Shown here: positions 42,924 through 51,034 of the stretch, piece after piece | Layout: each line of letters starts with the position of its first letter | Position numbering within the stretch: position 1 is the first letter of the stretch | DNA from: a virus | Taxonomy: Duplodnaviria > Caudoviricetes | Strand: one strand, 5' to 3' | Virus record (IMG/VR): IMGVR_UViG_3300021426_000070 | Coordinates: 1-64,000 of that record | Length of the DNA: 64,000 nt | The notes under the pieces: model-generated | Database searches by the model: none | Told to the model about the DNA's origin: nothing | What the model saw: the letters and a program-made list of their open reading frames with translations, nothing else | Program-made: the position numbers and the translations under genes

Positions 42924-45230
42924 TCAATAAACGCCCAACTCTTGCTTAGTAACCTTCTTCTTCACCAATGGATGCCCTAAGATGTTATGTAAAAAATAAT
43001 ACCGTACACCATCGAGTATGTGATTGTCGTGGTCTTCGGGTACGTTTGTGTAGTTACCGAACTTATCCTTTGCATAGACATAGTTTCGCAACTCATCTTG
43101 TGTATTCAAGGAACGCTTAGTTACATAAATCTCATAGTCAAGCATCTTTGACAAACCAGCCTCAATAGAGCCAGCACCTTTAGCCACGGGGTATATGATA
43201 ATACCGCCTAACGCTATCTCATCTACCAATCGTGGGTCTGCGCTCTCGGAATATACAAAACCATCATCACCTCTGTCCGCCTCTTGTCTAAGCTCACGGA
43301 TAATATCGCCACTTGTCATAGCATTTCGGTAACAGAGCTCGTCAATATACAAGCGGTTATCTATAACACCACACCTTGCGATAGCCGTAACGTCATTTGA
43401 ATATCCAAAGTCGATACATCTTCCTATCTTCTTTGCATAGCTCGGGAACTCATCAACGATACCCCATTTCTTGAACACAGCACCCTCAGCGACATCTGCC
43501 CACTGCCCCATGACGATATGCGCATACCTCTGAGGGTTCTTGACCTTCATATCAAGCACCTCTTTCAAGAACTGCTCGGAAAGGTTATTGATATTATCAA
43601 GGTATGTAGTATGGATATGTAGTACGTTCGGGTGTGTGCTTATCTGTACGGGTACGCCATCGAAATACTCTATCTTATGCGTGTCCTTGATAAACCGCTT
43701 ATACACCCAATGGTTAGAGTCGCATGGGTTCATGATGATGATTACCCTATTCTGCAGTCCTTTGACACGAATAGAGAGCATAATCTTCTCAAACTCTTCT
43801 TCCGACACCCATTCCTCAGCCTCATCGACAACAAACGTTGTGACACCTTGGATAGATTTAAGCTTTGCCGTCTGATTACCGCTTGAAGTGTGTATGCCTC
43901 GGAACATCACACGTGCCTTGGTCATATTGTTCACCACATCGGTCTTGGTCTTTGAGAAATACTCTTCTGTATTATCGACCTCCACCTTCTCCCAAAACTC
44001 GGGAATAACGGAGATAGCTGCCGACACCATGGTAAAACGGGTATATAGTATCTGATGGGCTAATTTCTTCTCGGGGTTATACTCAAAGGTGAGGCGTTCT
44101 ATAAAACGGGAAGTGTTGTACGACTTCCCACTGTTGTGACTAACAGTTCCATCTGCGTGTAAATAGCGTTGATTTCCATCCAAATGAATACCACACCATT
44201 CACCATTACCAACAGATTCAATAGTTAGCTTAGAAACCAACCAATCTGCTCTCTTATGTGGATATACTTTCTTACGTGCTATCTTACACGGAATACGCCA
44301 AACATCACCATTAATAGACAACCGATATACTATACCACAATCCTTTTCATATATCTTTGCTCTTCTTGTTCTTAAAGAAGTCCTAAAACCTAATGTATCA
44401 GCTATCAGCTTTATTTGTCTTGCAATAATCTCTTTCTTCTGTGTTATCTCATAACCATTACGAGACATATTGCCATCTGTATCAAGCAAACCAGCCAATA
44501 GCTCGAGTCGTACCTCTTCACTATTAGCTATATACTCTTGCGGAATATGCTTGTTACCTACAAGATTATAGAAACGCAACTTTTCCATAAAAGGATTATC
44601 GTGACACCCTTTTTTCTTTAAACGTAATGTTTCTGCCTTACCACGTTTACCATTCAATGACAACACCATTCCGTTTCTATCTACATACTCTTGCAGATAA
44701 TCCTTTATCTCTTTGTCGGGTGTTGTTATCTGAGGATATACCGAAGTACCGTCACCTAGCCAAACACCGAGCATATAGGGGTCAATCTTTACGGGCTGTT
44801 CTTTGTAAGGAATAGAGTTTGCCTTATAACCATACCAACGTTCTCTAAAATTCTTACTCTGTTTTAAGAACTCTTGAATATTGATATCTATCTTATCTTC
44901 TTTATTTGGATAGCGACCTTCGGAATATATGCCTCTGCCCTTTCTTATGCTTAATATGTGCCCATCGTTTACATAGTAGTCCTCAGCGTTCGTCTGATGT
45001 ACTCTATACATTTCACTATACCCGTGATAGGTTTTAAGCACGTTCCTTGGTGTGCCGTCATCACCCATCACCTTGTCACCAACCTTGATATCCTTAATCT
45101 GTTTAATGGTCATATCTGCCATTATCACCTCTTGGTCGGGTCGCTCACAGCCTCGTCCCCCCGTTACAAGAATGATGAATTTCTCCTTATCGTTATATAG
45201 CGGATAATATACGCTCTGTGTCTTACTCAT
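42924..45230 (-). CDS. terL: Terminase large subunit (PBSX-type), intein-containing
   Basis: Walker A GGRG|SGKS split by the intein; Walker B FVVDEAEE; MNP; IDFGYSND; DNHILDGVRY. Confidence 0.95.
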   Translation of the reverse strand: MSKTQSVYYPLYNDKEKFIILVTGGRGCERPDQEVIMADMTIKQIKDIKVGDKVMGDDGTPRNVLKTYHGYSEMYRVHQTNAEDYYVNDGHILSIRKGRGIYSEGRYPNKEDKIDINIQEFLKQSKNFRERWYGYKANSIPYKEQPVKIDPYMLGVWLGDGTSVYPQITTPDKEIKDYLQEYVDRNGMVLSLNGKRGKAETLRLKKKGCHDNPFMEKLRFYNLVGNKHIPQEYIANSEEVRLELLAGLLDTDGNMSRNGYEITQKKEIIARQIKLIADTLGFRTSLRTRRAKIYEKDCGIVYRLSINGDVWRIPCKIARKKVYPHKRADWLVSKLTIESVGNGEWCGIHLDGNQRYLHADGTVSHNSGKSYNTSRFIERLTFEYNPEKKLAHQILYTRFTMVSAAISVIPEFWEKVEVDNTEEYFSKTKTDVVNNMTKARVMFRGIHTSSGNQTAKLKSIQGVTTFVVDEAEEWVSEEEFEKIMLSIRVKGLQNRVIIIMNPCDSNHWVYKRFIKDTHKIEYFDGVPVQISTHPNVLHIHTTYLDNINNLSEQFLKEVLDMKVKNPQRYAHIVMGQWADVAEGAVFKKWGIVDEFPSYAKKIGRCIDFGYSNDVTAIARCGVIDNRLYIDELCYRNAMTSGDIIRELRQEADRGDDGFVYSESADPRLVDEIALGGIIIYPVAKGAGSIEAGLSKMLDYEIYVTKRSLNTQDELRNYVYAKDKFGNYTNVPEDHDNHILDGVRYYFLHNILGHPLVKKKVTKQELGVY
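44133..45149 (-). mobile_element. Intein with LAGLIDADG homing endonuclease (339 aa)
   Basis: Starts at Cys (CERPDQEV) and ends SHN before Ser; contains LGVWLGDG and LLAGLLDTDG motifs. Confidence 0.93.
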
Positions 45231-45402
45231 ACTCTTCTCCCGTTTCAATCACATAACCTTGCTTATGGCACTGAGGGCACTCTATATCCCTCAGCTTACA
45301 CCCGATAGGTCGGACGGCTAGCCACCTCTTCAAACAAGATAGGCAGACAACCTCACTGACCTTATGCGGGATATTCTCGTTTATATCCACGATATTGCTC
45401 AT
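45223..45402 (-). CDS. 59-aa zinc-ribbon protein (below ORF-track cut-off)
   Basis: MSNIVDINEN...CLSC...CPQC...; overlaps both neighbouring genes by a few bases. Confidence 0.65.
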   Translation of the reverse strand: MSNIVDINENIPHKVSEVVCLSCLKRWLAVRPIGCKLRDIECPQCHKQGYVIETGEEYE

Positions 45403-45594
45403 AACTCATCTTCAGTATAGCAATCAATTTGGATAACGTTCTTTCTTCTCTTTGGATAAGCCACAAATTCGAAACGTTCCATTCTCTCCGTGTGCCCGTC
45501 CTTATAGTGGGCTACGATAACCTTTGTGTCGCCGCTGATACTCATCCATCCCTTTTCTTTCGGGTCTATCTTATAACTCTTCATATCTCACGTT

Positions 45595-45990
45595 TTACTT
45601 TTTACCTTTCTGTACCTTATAAAGACAATCGAACACCCAACTTTGGTAATAGGCATAACATTCGCTGTTGTAACTCCTTTCCGTCTCACCTATATCCTCA
45701 AAGAGCCAATCAGCGCAATGGGATGCCTCATGACTGAGCGACTTCAATTGCGTGTCTTTCCTTATAAGGACTAGACACCCCTTGATGTTCTGTGCTTTGT
45801 TGCCTACAATAAAAGTCTTTGCATCTACGCCGACATCCAATAGTGTATTGTTCTCCTTGAACGACATACCTATGTTATCATCATATATCGCCTCAAAAGC
45901 ATTATCTATCTCATCTATGGTAATGCCATCTAATGCCACCCATACCTTTGTAGGAAAGATGATAGGGTCGAACTCATATATCTTACTCAT
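45595..45990 (-). CDS. HExxH metallopeptidase-like protein
   Basis: SHEASHC...SECYAY. Confidence 0.55.
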   Translation of the reverse strand: MSKIYEFDPIIFPTKVWVALDGITIDEIDNAFEAIYDDNIGMSFKENNTLLDVGVDAKTFIVGNKAQNIKGCLVLIRKDTQLKSLSHEASHCADWLFEDIGETERSYNSECYAYYQSWVFDCLYKVQKGKK

Positions 45991-46556
45991 TGCCCGCCCT
46001 CTTCTTTCTCTAACTCGTTCTCTCTCTCAAGCCATGCAGATATGCTTACGCCATTCTTGACCTTTATCTGCACGTCACTATCCTCTATGCCCCTTTGGAT
46101 ATTCCTAAACTGAGGGTCATGGTGGTAAAGGAAGTTAGCAAGTGCTTGCATGTTTGGTGCTGTCTCTTGCTCTGACTCGGTGATATCCTCTATGCGGTTA
46201 TTCTTGTCAGCAACGCCATTGACAACATTGTACCTCATACGTACAACCTTGCCTTTCACCTTAATGCCTCCGAGGGCTGCTTTGAGGTATCTACCCCTTA
46301 CAATTCCTAGTACTCGAGAACGTCCGTGTGCTAACTCTTCGGAGATACGAGCACCCCTTTTTGCGTTCTCTTCATCATTCCATCCTTTGTATTTACCCGC
46401 TTTCATTTCTGAAAATGTAGTGGGCGTTAATCCCGCAACCCCTAGACTATCACCTAGAGCATATGCAATTTCCCCATCTTGGAGACCTTGCATAGCGAGG
46501 GCATATATCTCTTTGTAGAAGTCCTCGCTATCATAGTCGAACTTTGGTTTTGCCAT
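45987..46556 (-). CDS. Probable terminase small subunit
   Basis: N-terminal HTH (GLQDGEIAYALG); APNMQAL; upstream of terL. Confidence 0.7.
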   Translation of the reverse strand: MAKPKFDYDSEDFYKEIYALAMQGLQDGEIAYALGDSLGVAGLTPTTFSEMKAGKYKGWNDEENAKRGARISEELAHGRSRVLGIVRGRYLKAALGGIKVKGKVVRMRYNVVNGVADKNNRIEDITESEQETAPNMQALANFLYHHDPQFRNIQRGIEDSDVQIKVKNGVSISAWLERENELEKEEGGQ

Positions 46557-46702
46557 CTTGTTTGTATTTTACTTGAATTATATATTGTTTGTAATATCTT
46601 TTCTTTTCTCTTTTTATTCGTTTGACATCATTTTGTAATGTTTTCTCGGGTGTTTGTAAAGTTGCTTTACTTTTCAGAAAAATCCATGTAAAGATATTTC
46701 TT

Positions 46703-47044
46703 TTATCCCGAGATAGCTGCTTTTGCAGCGGTATTGGGTGTGTACGTCTGTGATTGTCGTGCAGCCACCTCATAGTTTACGGTGTTTCCTATTACCTTGG
46801 TGAGTACTGCACCACTATCATTAGTAAGGGCTTCATTGGGTCTAATGCTGTCTGCCCTACCTACTGCCCTTAGATAGTTAGCCTCTATGGTTCTGATACG
46901 CTGCTGCCTTTGTCTGTTGCCTCTTGCAGCCGCTACTAACCGCCTTGCAGTCTCCCTTATATTCTCAGCAGTTCTATACGTGCTGTTGTTGCCATCAAGT
47001 GGGCTTGTGCTATTGTAAAATGATGGATTCTTTAATCTTTTGAC
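46703..47044 (-). CDS. GTC-initiated peptide H (113 aa, VKRLKNPS...AAKAAISG)
   Basis: AGGAGG-gaagcaga-GTC AAA; no in-frame ATG. Confidence 0.7.
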   Translation of the reverse strand, partial: VKRLKNPSFYNSTSPLDGNNSTYRTAENIRETARRLVAAARGNRQRQQRIRTIEANYLRAVGRADSIRPNEALTNDSGAVLTKVIGNTVNYEVAARQSQTYTPNTAAKAAISG

Positions 47045-47060
47045 TCTGCTTCCCTCCTAT

Positions 47061-47309
47061 TTATCCGTTACTACTACCTTTTGCAGCTAGTGGTGCGTAC
47101 TTGTCACCGATACGAGCACCATAAGATACCTTGATGTTTGCCCTACGAGACCAATCCACGCTCTGCAAGCGGTCGTTGATATTGTTTCTATACTCTTGTG
47201 CGATACGTGAGATACTTGCTAGACGTGTGCCCCTAGCTGTATTCGACATACGGGCTGCTTGCTCGTTGATATCGCCTATAGACTTTGCCATTGGTTCTCT
47301 CCGTCTGAC
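47061..47309 (-). CDS. GTC-initiated peptide G (82 aa, VRRREPMAKS...AAKGSSNG)
   Basis: AGGAGG-gtacaga-GTC AGA; an in-frame ATG at codon 7 is an alternative start. Confidence 0.7.
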   Translation of the reverse strand, partial: VRRREPMAKSIGDINEQAARMSNTARGTRLASISRIAQEYRNNINDRLQSVDWSRRANIKVSYGARIGDKYAPLAAKGSSNG

Positions 47310-47320
47310 TCTGTACCCTC

Positions 47321-47521
47321 CTATCCGTTTGAATTTGATAAGGCATTGAGCATATTCGCTCTTGCTCTGCCTATTCTGTTATAGTTATCTTGCCCATACT
47401 GCCTTAGTAATGCATTCGCACGGCGATTAATGGCTCGTCCTACCATGGCTCTTCTTGCATATTGCCCCAAACCTCTTACATCACTAGTACGATATTCCAA
47501 TGTTCTCTTACTTGCTCTGAC
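47321..47521 (-). CDS. GTC-initiated peptide F (66 aa, VRASKR...ALSNSNG)
   Basis: AGGAGG-aagcTGA-GTC AGA; in-frame stop directly before GTC. Confidence 0.68.
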   Translation of the reverse strand, partial: VRASKRTLEYRTSDVRGLGQYARRAMVGRAINRRANALLRQYGQDNYNRIGRARANMLNALSNSNG

Positions 47522-47532
47522 TCAGCTTCCTC

Positions 47533-47664
47533 CTATCTGTTAGATAATCCCATTTGACATACTCTAATTAAAGATTGTTGGATGATAACGCAACTGTCCG
47601 TTAGCGAAATGCTTCTTGGTCTTACCATTGCTCTCCAATTCGACAATGCCCTACCGAAATACAT
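47533..47664 (-). CDS. 43-aa ATG ORF ending MGLSNR (degenerate family member?)
   Basis: C-terminus matches the family except for a Gly>Arg change. Confidence 0.35.
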   Translation of the reverse strand: MYFGRALSNWRAMVRPRSISLTDSCVIIQQSLIRVCQMGLSNR

Positions 47665-47666
47665 TT

Positions 47667-47924
47667 TTAACCATTACTCAATCCCATATACGAGCTACGT
47701 GCAAACTGCAGTCTGTTGGCTCTGCCCATATTGCGCATATACTCATCTGTGTTGTCCTCAGCCGACACGTTGCCACGAGCCGCCTTATAGCTTGATTTGT
47801 TACGTATGTTGCTTACGTACCTCATAGCTGCTTGGAAAGCTCTATCCAAACGTTCCCCGTCTGTCCTAGCCGCTATGCGGTTGTACTGACGTGTTATATC
47901 ACTTACTGACTTTGTTCTTCTGAC
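47667..47924 (-). CDS. GTC-initiated peptide E (85 aa, VRRTKS...YMGLSNG)
   Basis: TAG TGT CGG GTC AGA; KS..DI..Q motif lies upstream of the first TTG/ATG. Confidence 0.72.
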   Translation of the reverse strand, partial: VRRTKSVSDITRQYNRIAARTDGERLDRAFQAAMRYVSNIRNKSSYKAARGNVSAEDNTDEYMRNMGRANRLQFARSSYMGLSNG

Positions 47925-47930
47925 CCGACA

Positions 47931-48176
47931 CTAACCATTACTCATACCCATATAGGTACTACGTGAATACTTTCTGTTGTCTATCTCATTAATATTACCA
48001 TTGCCACGAAGTGCATTTCTGTATGCGCTCGAATAGCTTGGTGTGTTCTGAATGTTATTCAGATACCTAAGAAACGTTCTTCCTATGCGGTCTTGTCTCT
48101 GAGGATTACCCTCTGAGCGTTCCCACAAAGCTTGCGCTTGGTCAAGTATATCATTCTTACTCTTATTTCTTCTGAC
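47931..48176 (-). CDS. GTC-initiated peptide D (81 aa, VRRNKS...YMGMSNG)
   Basis: TAA AGC CGA GTC AGA; shares NRKYSRSTYMG with peptide C. Confidence 0.72.
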   Translation of the reverse strand, partial: VRRNKSKNDILDQAQALWERSEGNPQRQDRIGRTFLRYLNNIQNTPSYSSAYRNALRGNGNINEIDNRKYSRSTYMGMSNG

Positions 48177-48182
48177 TCGGCT

Positions 48183-48395
48183 TTATCCGTTTGTAAGACC
48201 CATATAGGTAGAGCGTGAATACTTTCTGTTGTAAGCACCCTCACCGCCTTTTCGAAAGCTGCGTTGGCGCATAATCCTATCGGTGTATCTGTCAGCCGCT
48301 ATGTTAGCCGCTGCCACCCTAGAAGCCGTTGCTCGTGGATTGTTCTCTATCCTATCGGCTTGCTCTAAGATTTCTCCAAAACTCTTCCCTCTGAC
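48183..48395 (-). CDS. GTC-initiated peptide C (70 aa, VRGKS...YMGLTNG)
   Basis: A-rich leader then AGA GTC AGA; not in the ORF track. Confidence 0.72.
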   Translation of the reverse strand, partial: VRGKSFGEILEQADRIENNPRATASRVAAANIAADRYTDRIMRQRSFRKGGEGAYNRKYSRSTYMGLTNG

Positions 48396-48484
48396 TCTTC
48401 TGTTACTTTTAATTGTTATTATACATCAAATGCTACGGCAGACACTCTAACGAGGGAAAGCCATAGCATATATTCCGTGTCGGG

Positions 48485-49015
48485 TTATCCCGCTGACAAG
48501 CCCATTGAATACGTGCCGTCTGCGTTCTGTCTGATGACATTGCCACCGCTACCCTCAAGACGACCTTCAACAACACGTGCCATGCCGTTATCAAGCCATG
48601 CTTGGATTACCCTAGGCGAAATGTTGTTCATACCCGTGCGAACATCATAGTCACGCTGACGGCGGTTAGAAAGCGACTTACGACCACTCTGTGACACAAG
48701 ATTTCCATCCATATCACGATTGGTAAACGTCCATGTGCTACCGCCAGCCCTACGACCATCTGCAGACATCTTACCAGACCTTGTGCGGGTGATGGTCTGA
48801 ATCTGCTGACCGCTGTTCCACGCTTGCTGCTGACCTTGCAACTCTGAAAGCTGATAGCCTCGAGAATTAACCAAAGGCTGTGCAGTACGTGCTCCACCAG
48901 TATAAGCGGAGTTTGCACCACGTCCATCAATACCCGCATTGATTCGGGCACGCTGCTGAGATACCGTATTGGTATTCGGATTGGTGCGATTTCGTTCTGT
49001 TCTTTTTCTTGGCAT
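48485..49015 (-). CDS. Arg/Gly-rich protein with canonical ATG, ending YSMGLSAG
   Basis: Same C-terminal motif as the GTC family. Confidence 0.8.
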   Translation of the reverse strand: MPRKRTERNRTNPNTNTVSQQRARINAGIDGRGANSAYTGGARTAQPLVNSRGYQLSELQGQQQAWNSGQQIQTITRTRSGKMSADGRRAGGSTWTFTNRDMDGNLVSQSGRKSLSNRRQRDYDVRTGMNNISPRVIQAWLDNGMARVVEGRLEGSGGNVIRQNADGTYSMGLSAG

Positions 49016-49041
49016 AGTTCTTCTATATTAATTATTAAACA

Positions 49042-49413
49042 TTATCCTACCGCATTACCCATCTTTGCAGAATTGGACGAATTAGCTGATGAGCCACGAT
49101 AGACTTCCCTTCCTAGCTCTGCATAGCGTTCACGATTGTAATCACGGATAAAGCGTCCGTGCGTTGCATTTGCTGCATTGGGGTTAGCTGCCGCACGTCT
49201 CTCTATCTCTCTCTGTATGTTGTCGATATAACGCTGACCGATGGCACTAAGCCGCTCTCTGTTCCTATACCACGTGTCCGTACCATAGGTGCTGCCCTCG
49301 ATACGGGCTAACTGAGCCCTTACAGACTCGATAGAGCGACCTCTTCGGGTGCTACGCCTAGTATTGGCGTTCACCCTCGCATTGCCTAAGTATGATAAAT
49401 TACCTTTTCTGAC
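49042..49413 (-). CDS. GTC-initiated peptide B (123 aa, VRKGNL...KMGNAVG)
   Basis: The -7 box at 49436-49443 lies downstream of the ORF-track ATG (49509); leader AAAGGAttgcaga-GTC AGA. Confidence 0.68.
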   Translation of the reverse strand, partial: VRKGNLSYLGNARVNANTRRSTRRGRSIESVRAQLARIEGSTYGTDTWYRNRERLSAIGQRYIDNIQREIERRAAANPNAANATHGRFIRDYNRERYAELGREVYRGSSANSSNSAKMGNAVG

Positions 49414-49435
49414 TCTGCAATCCTTTCTTTTGTTG

Positions 49436-49557
49436 CAAAGATAGGTATAATTCCGTATATAAGGAAAGTATTTCCATAATGAAAACGCACACTTTACAAA
49501 TAGTGCCAAATGACATCATTAGAGCATACTCATTTAGCATTTTTCTCCTTATCTTTG
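49436..49557. promoter_or_regulatory. Symmetric divergent late promoter pair around operator 49486-49507
   Basis: TATCTTTG on minus (49436-49443) and plus (49550-49557) strands, equidistant from CGCACACTTT-ac-AAATAGTGCC. Confidence 0.65.
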
Positions 49558-49634
49558 CATTGGTAATTTTTCGGTTCAACAAATCTTTTTTCTGTATAGG
49601 GGGTTGTCCGTGAGGATAGCCCCTTATCGTATGC

Positions 49635-49670
49635 AAAAAAAGTGAGCCTACTTTCACAAGCAAGCCCACA
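49635..49670 (-). terminator. Intrinsic terminator after ParB-like gene
   Basis: GTGGGCTTGCTT-GTGA-AAGTAGGCTCAC followed by T7. Confidence 0.75.
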
Positions 49671-49706
49671 ATAAGACAATAATAAATAAATAACGTGTAT
49701 AATTTT

Positions 49707-50540
49707 CTAGTCAATAAATTCTATCCTCTGTGAGAACTCTTCACCCTTGATAAAACGCATATCATCGGGATAGCCCGCACGTGCCATAAACTCTTGCTTC
49801 GACTTGAAGTCATCGAAAGAAAGCATGATGTACGCCTCTTGGTTCATGGCGTTCTCGATGGCTTGGGTCTTAACTTGCTCCTTGACATCTTTCATGTGCT
49901 GCTTCTTCTCTTCGTAGCTCTTCTGCTCATTCTTCTCTATCTGAGCGTCCTGCATGGCATTGGCTTGCACTTGTGCCGCCTTGATAGCCTCACGCTGCTC
50001 ACGCTGACGTTCTAAGTCCCGTTGGTGCTCTTCGTTGACTTGCGCCATCATATCGTCCAACTCTGAGGACAGCTTGTTCTCTTCCTCGGTCTGAAAAAAA
50101 TAGTCAGTGCCAATCATGGATAGGTCAACTTCTGTAAGCCCCGCTTTCTTGTAATCCATGAATGGGATAATCTCAGCCAACTTCTGATAGTCAAACTTAC
50201 CGCCTATCTGCGGGTTGTTCAGTGCCGTCAGCACCTCGAGCTCTTCCTTTTCATCGACATCAATAACCTCACAACGGAGCATATAATCCGTCTCGGGTTT
50301 CTCGGGTTCATACTTCTGCTGCTCATCGAGCAACGCCACCTTCTGATTACCGCCCACTAGAACATAGTCGTTACGCTTATTAACAATGATACCGCCTAAG
50401 ATACCAAAGTTCTTCATAGACCGCCTTAACGCCTTTCTACCCTCATCGTCAATGGTACGTGGGTTACGTGGGTGAAAATGTATCTGTGAGCGTTTGAGCT
50501 CTTGTATCTCACTATTTGCAAAAAACTTACTTAACTCCAT
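49707..50540 (-). CDS. ParB/Srx N-terminal-domain protein
   Basis: HPRNPRTI...FGILGGIIVN...LVGGNQKV. Confidence 0.8.
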   Translation of the reverse strand: MELSKFFANSEIQELKRSQIHFHPRNPRTIDDEGRKALRRSMKNFGILGGIIVNKRNDYVLVGGNQKVALLDEQQKYEPEKPETDYMLRCEVIDVDEKEELEVLTALNNPQIGGKFDYQKLAEIIPFMDYKKAGLTEVDLSMIGTDYFFQTEEENKLSSELDDMMAQVNEEHQRDLERQREQREAIKAAQVQANAMQDAQIEKNEQKSYEEKKQHMKDVKEQVKTQAIENAMNQEAYIMLSFDDFKSKQEFMARAGYPDDMRFIKGEEFSQRIEFID

Positions 50541-50555
50541 AATCTTATTTTTCTG

Positions 50556-50627
50556 CAAAGATAAACAGAAAATGTTTATTCAGCGCATTATTTGTACCAC
50601 AATAGCATACTCTTTTGAAAGTGTATC
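50556..50627 (-). promoter_or_regulatory. Late-type promoter of ParB-like gene
   Basis: TATCTTTG plus CATACTCTTT-tg-AAAGTGTATC at 50606-50627. Confidence 0.65.
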
Positions 50628-50644
50628 AAATCAATTTGTATGTG

Positions 50645-50781
50645 CGTTACTACTTATGCCGAAAAACGTTACTACTTGCGTTACTACTTATGCAATCATG
50701 CCACAAATAAGAGAAAAACACACTATTTGATAACACAAGCGTTACTACTTATGCCCCATGGCGTTACTACTTGCGTTACTA
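50645..50781. repeat. Two triplets of CGTTACTACTT direct repeats
   Basis: Copies start at 50645, 50667, 50679, 50740, 50762 and 50774 (last one partial). Confidence 0.85.
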
Positions 50782-51034
50782 AAAAAAGAGAACGAGCGCA
50801 ATTTTGCGCCCGTCCACGAAATGCAAATTATCAAAAATAGCGTCTAACCCTTCTTGTCTGTCTTGAGGCTCTTTGTCTCATCCATTATCTGCTCTGCGGT
50901 TATGTAAGTCTCACCGCCACAGATTTGCTCATAATCTTTCTTACTCATAGCTGTATATTTTAAAAGTTATGCAAAGATAATCATTTATATTTATATAAAC
51001 AAGCTTTTTGCTAATTATTTCACCGCCTTTAACT

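Noticed and set aside
46531-46773. 80-aa ORF MRWLHDN...
   Set aside because: It overlaps peptide H in another frame and the terS leader; H has family homology and the Gly-stop end.
46703-48395. Stop-codon readthrough or recoded genetic code producing a polyprotein
   Set aside because: Only C-D-E share a frame, and they end in different stops (TAA, TAG); F, G and H are out of frame with their neighbours. Reading through TGA in A or F reaches no start codon. Long structural genes are intact in code 11.
48430-48484. Firm HDV-like/theta ribozyme call
   Set aside because: P1 is only 5 bp and the catalytic C-x-A joiner is not evident; kept only as a structured-element finding.
49414-49509. ATG-started extension of ORF 49042-49509
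   Set aside because: The extension runs through the promoter and operator, so the ATG lies upstream of the predicted transcription start. The extensions of 25613-26776 and 61503-61826 similarly overlap promoter/leader sequence.
50645-50781. CRISPR array
   Set aside because: Repeats are 11 bp with 1-11 nt gaps, there are no unique 30-40 nt spacers, and no cas genes are present.
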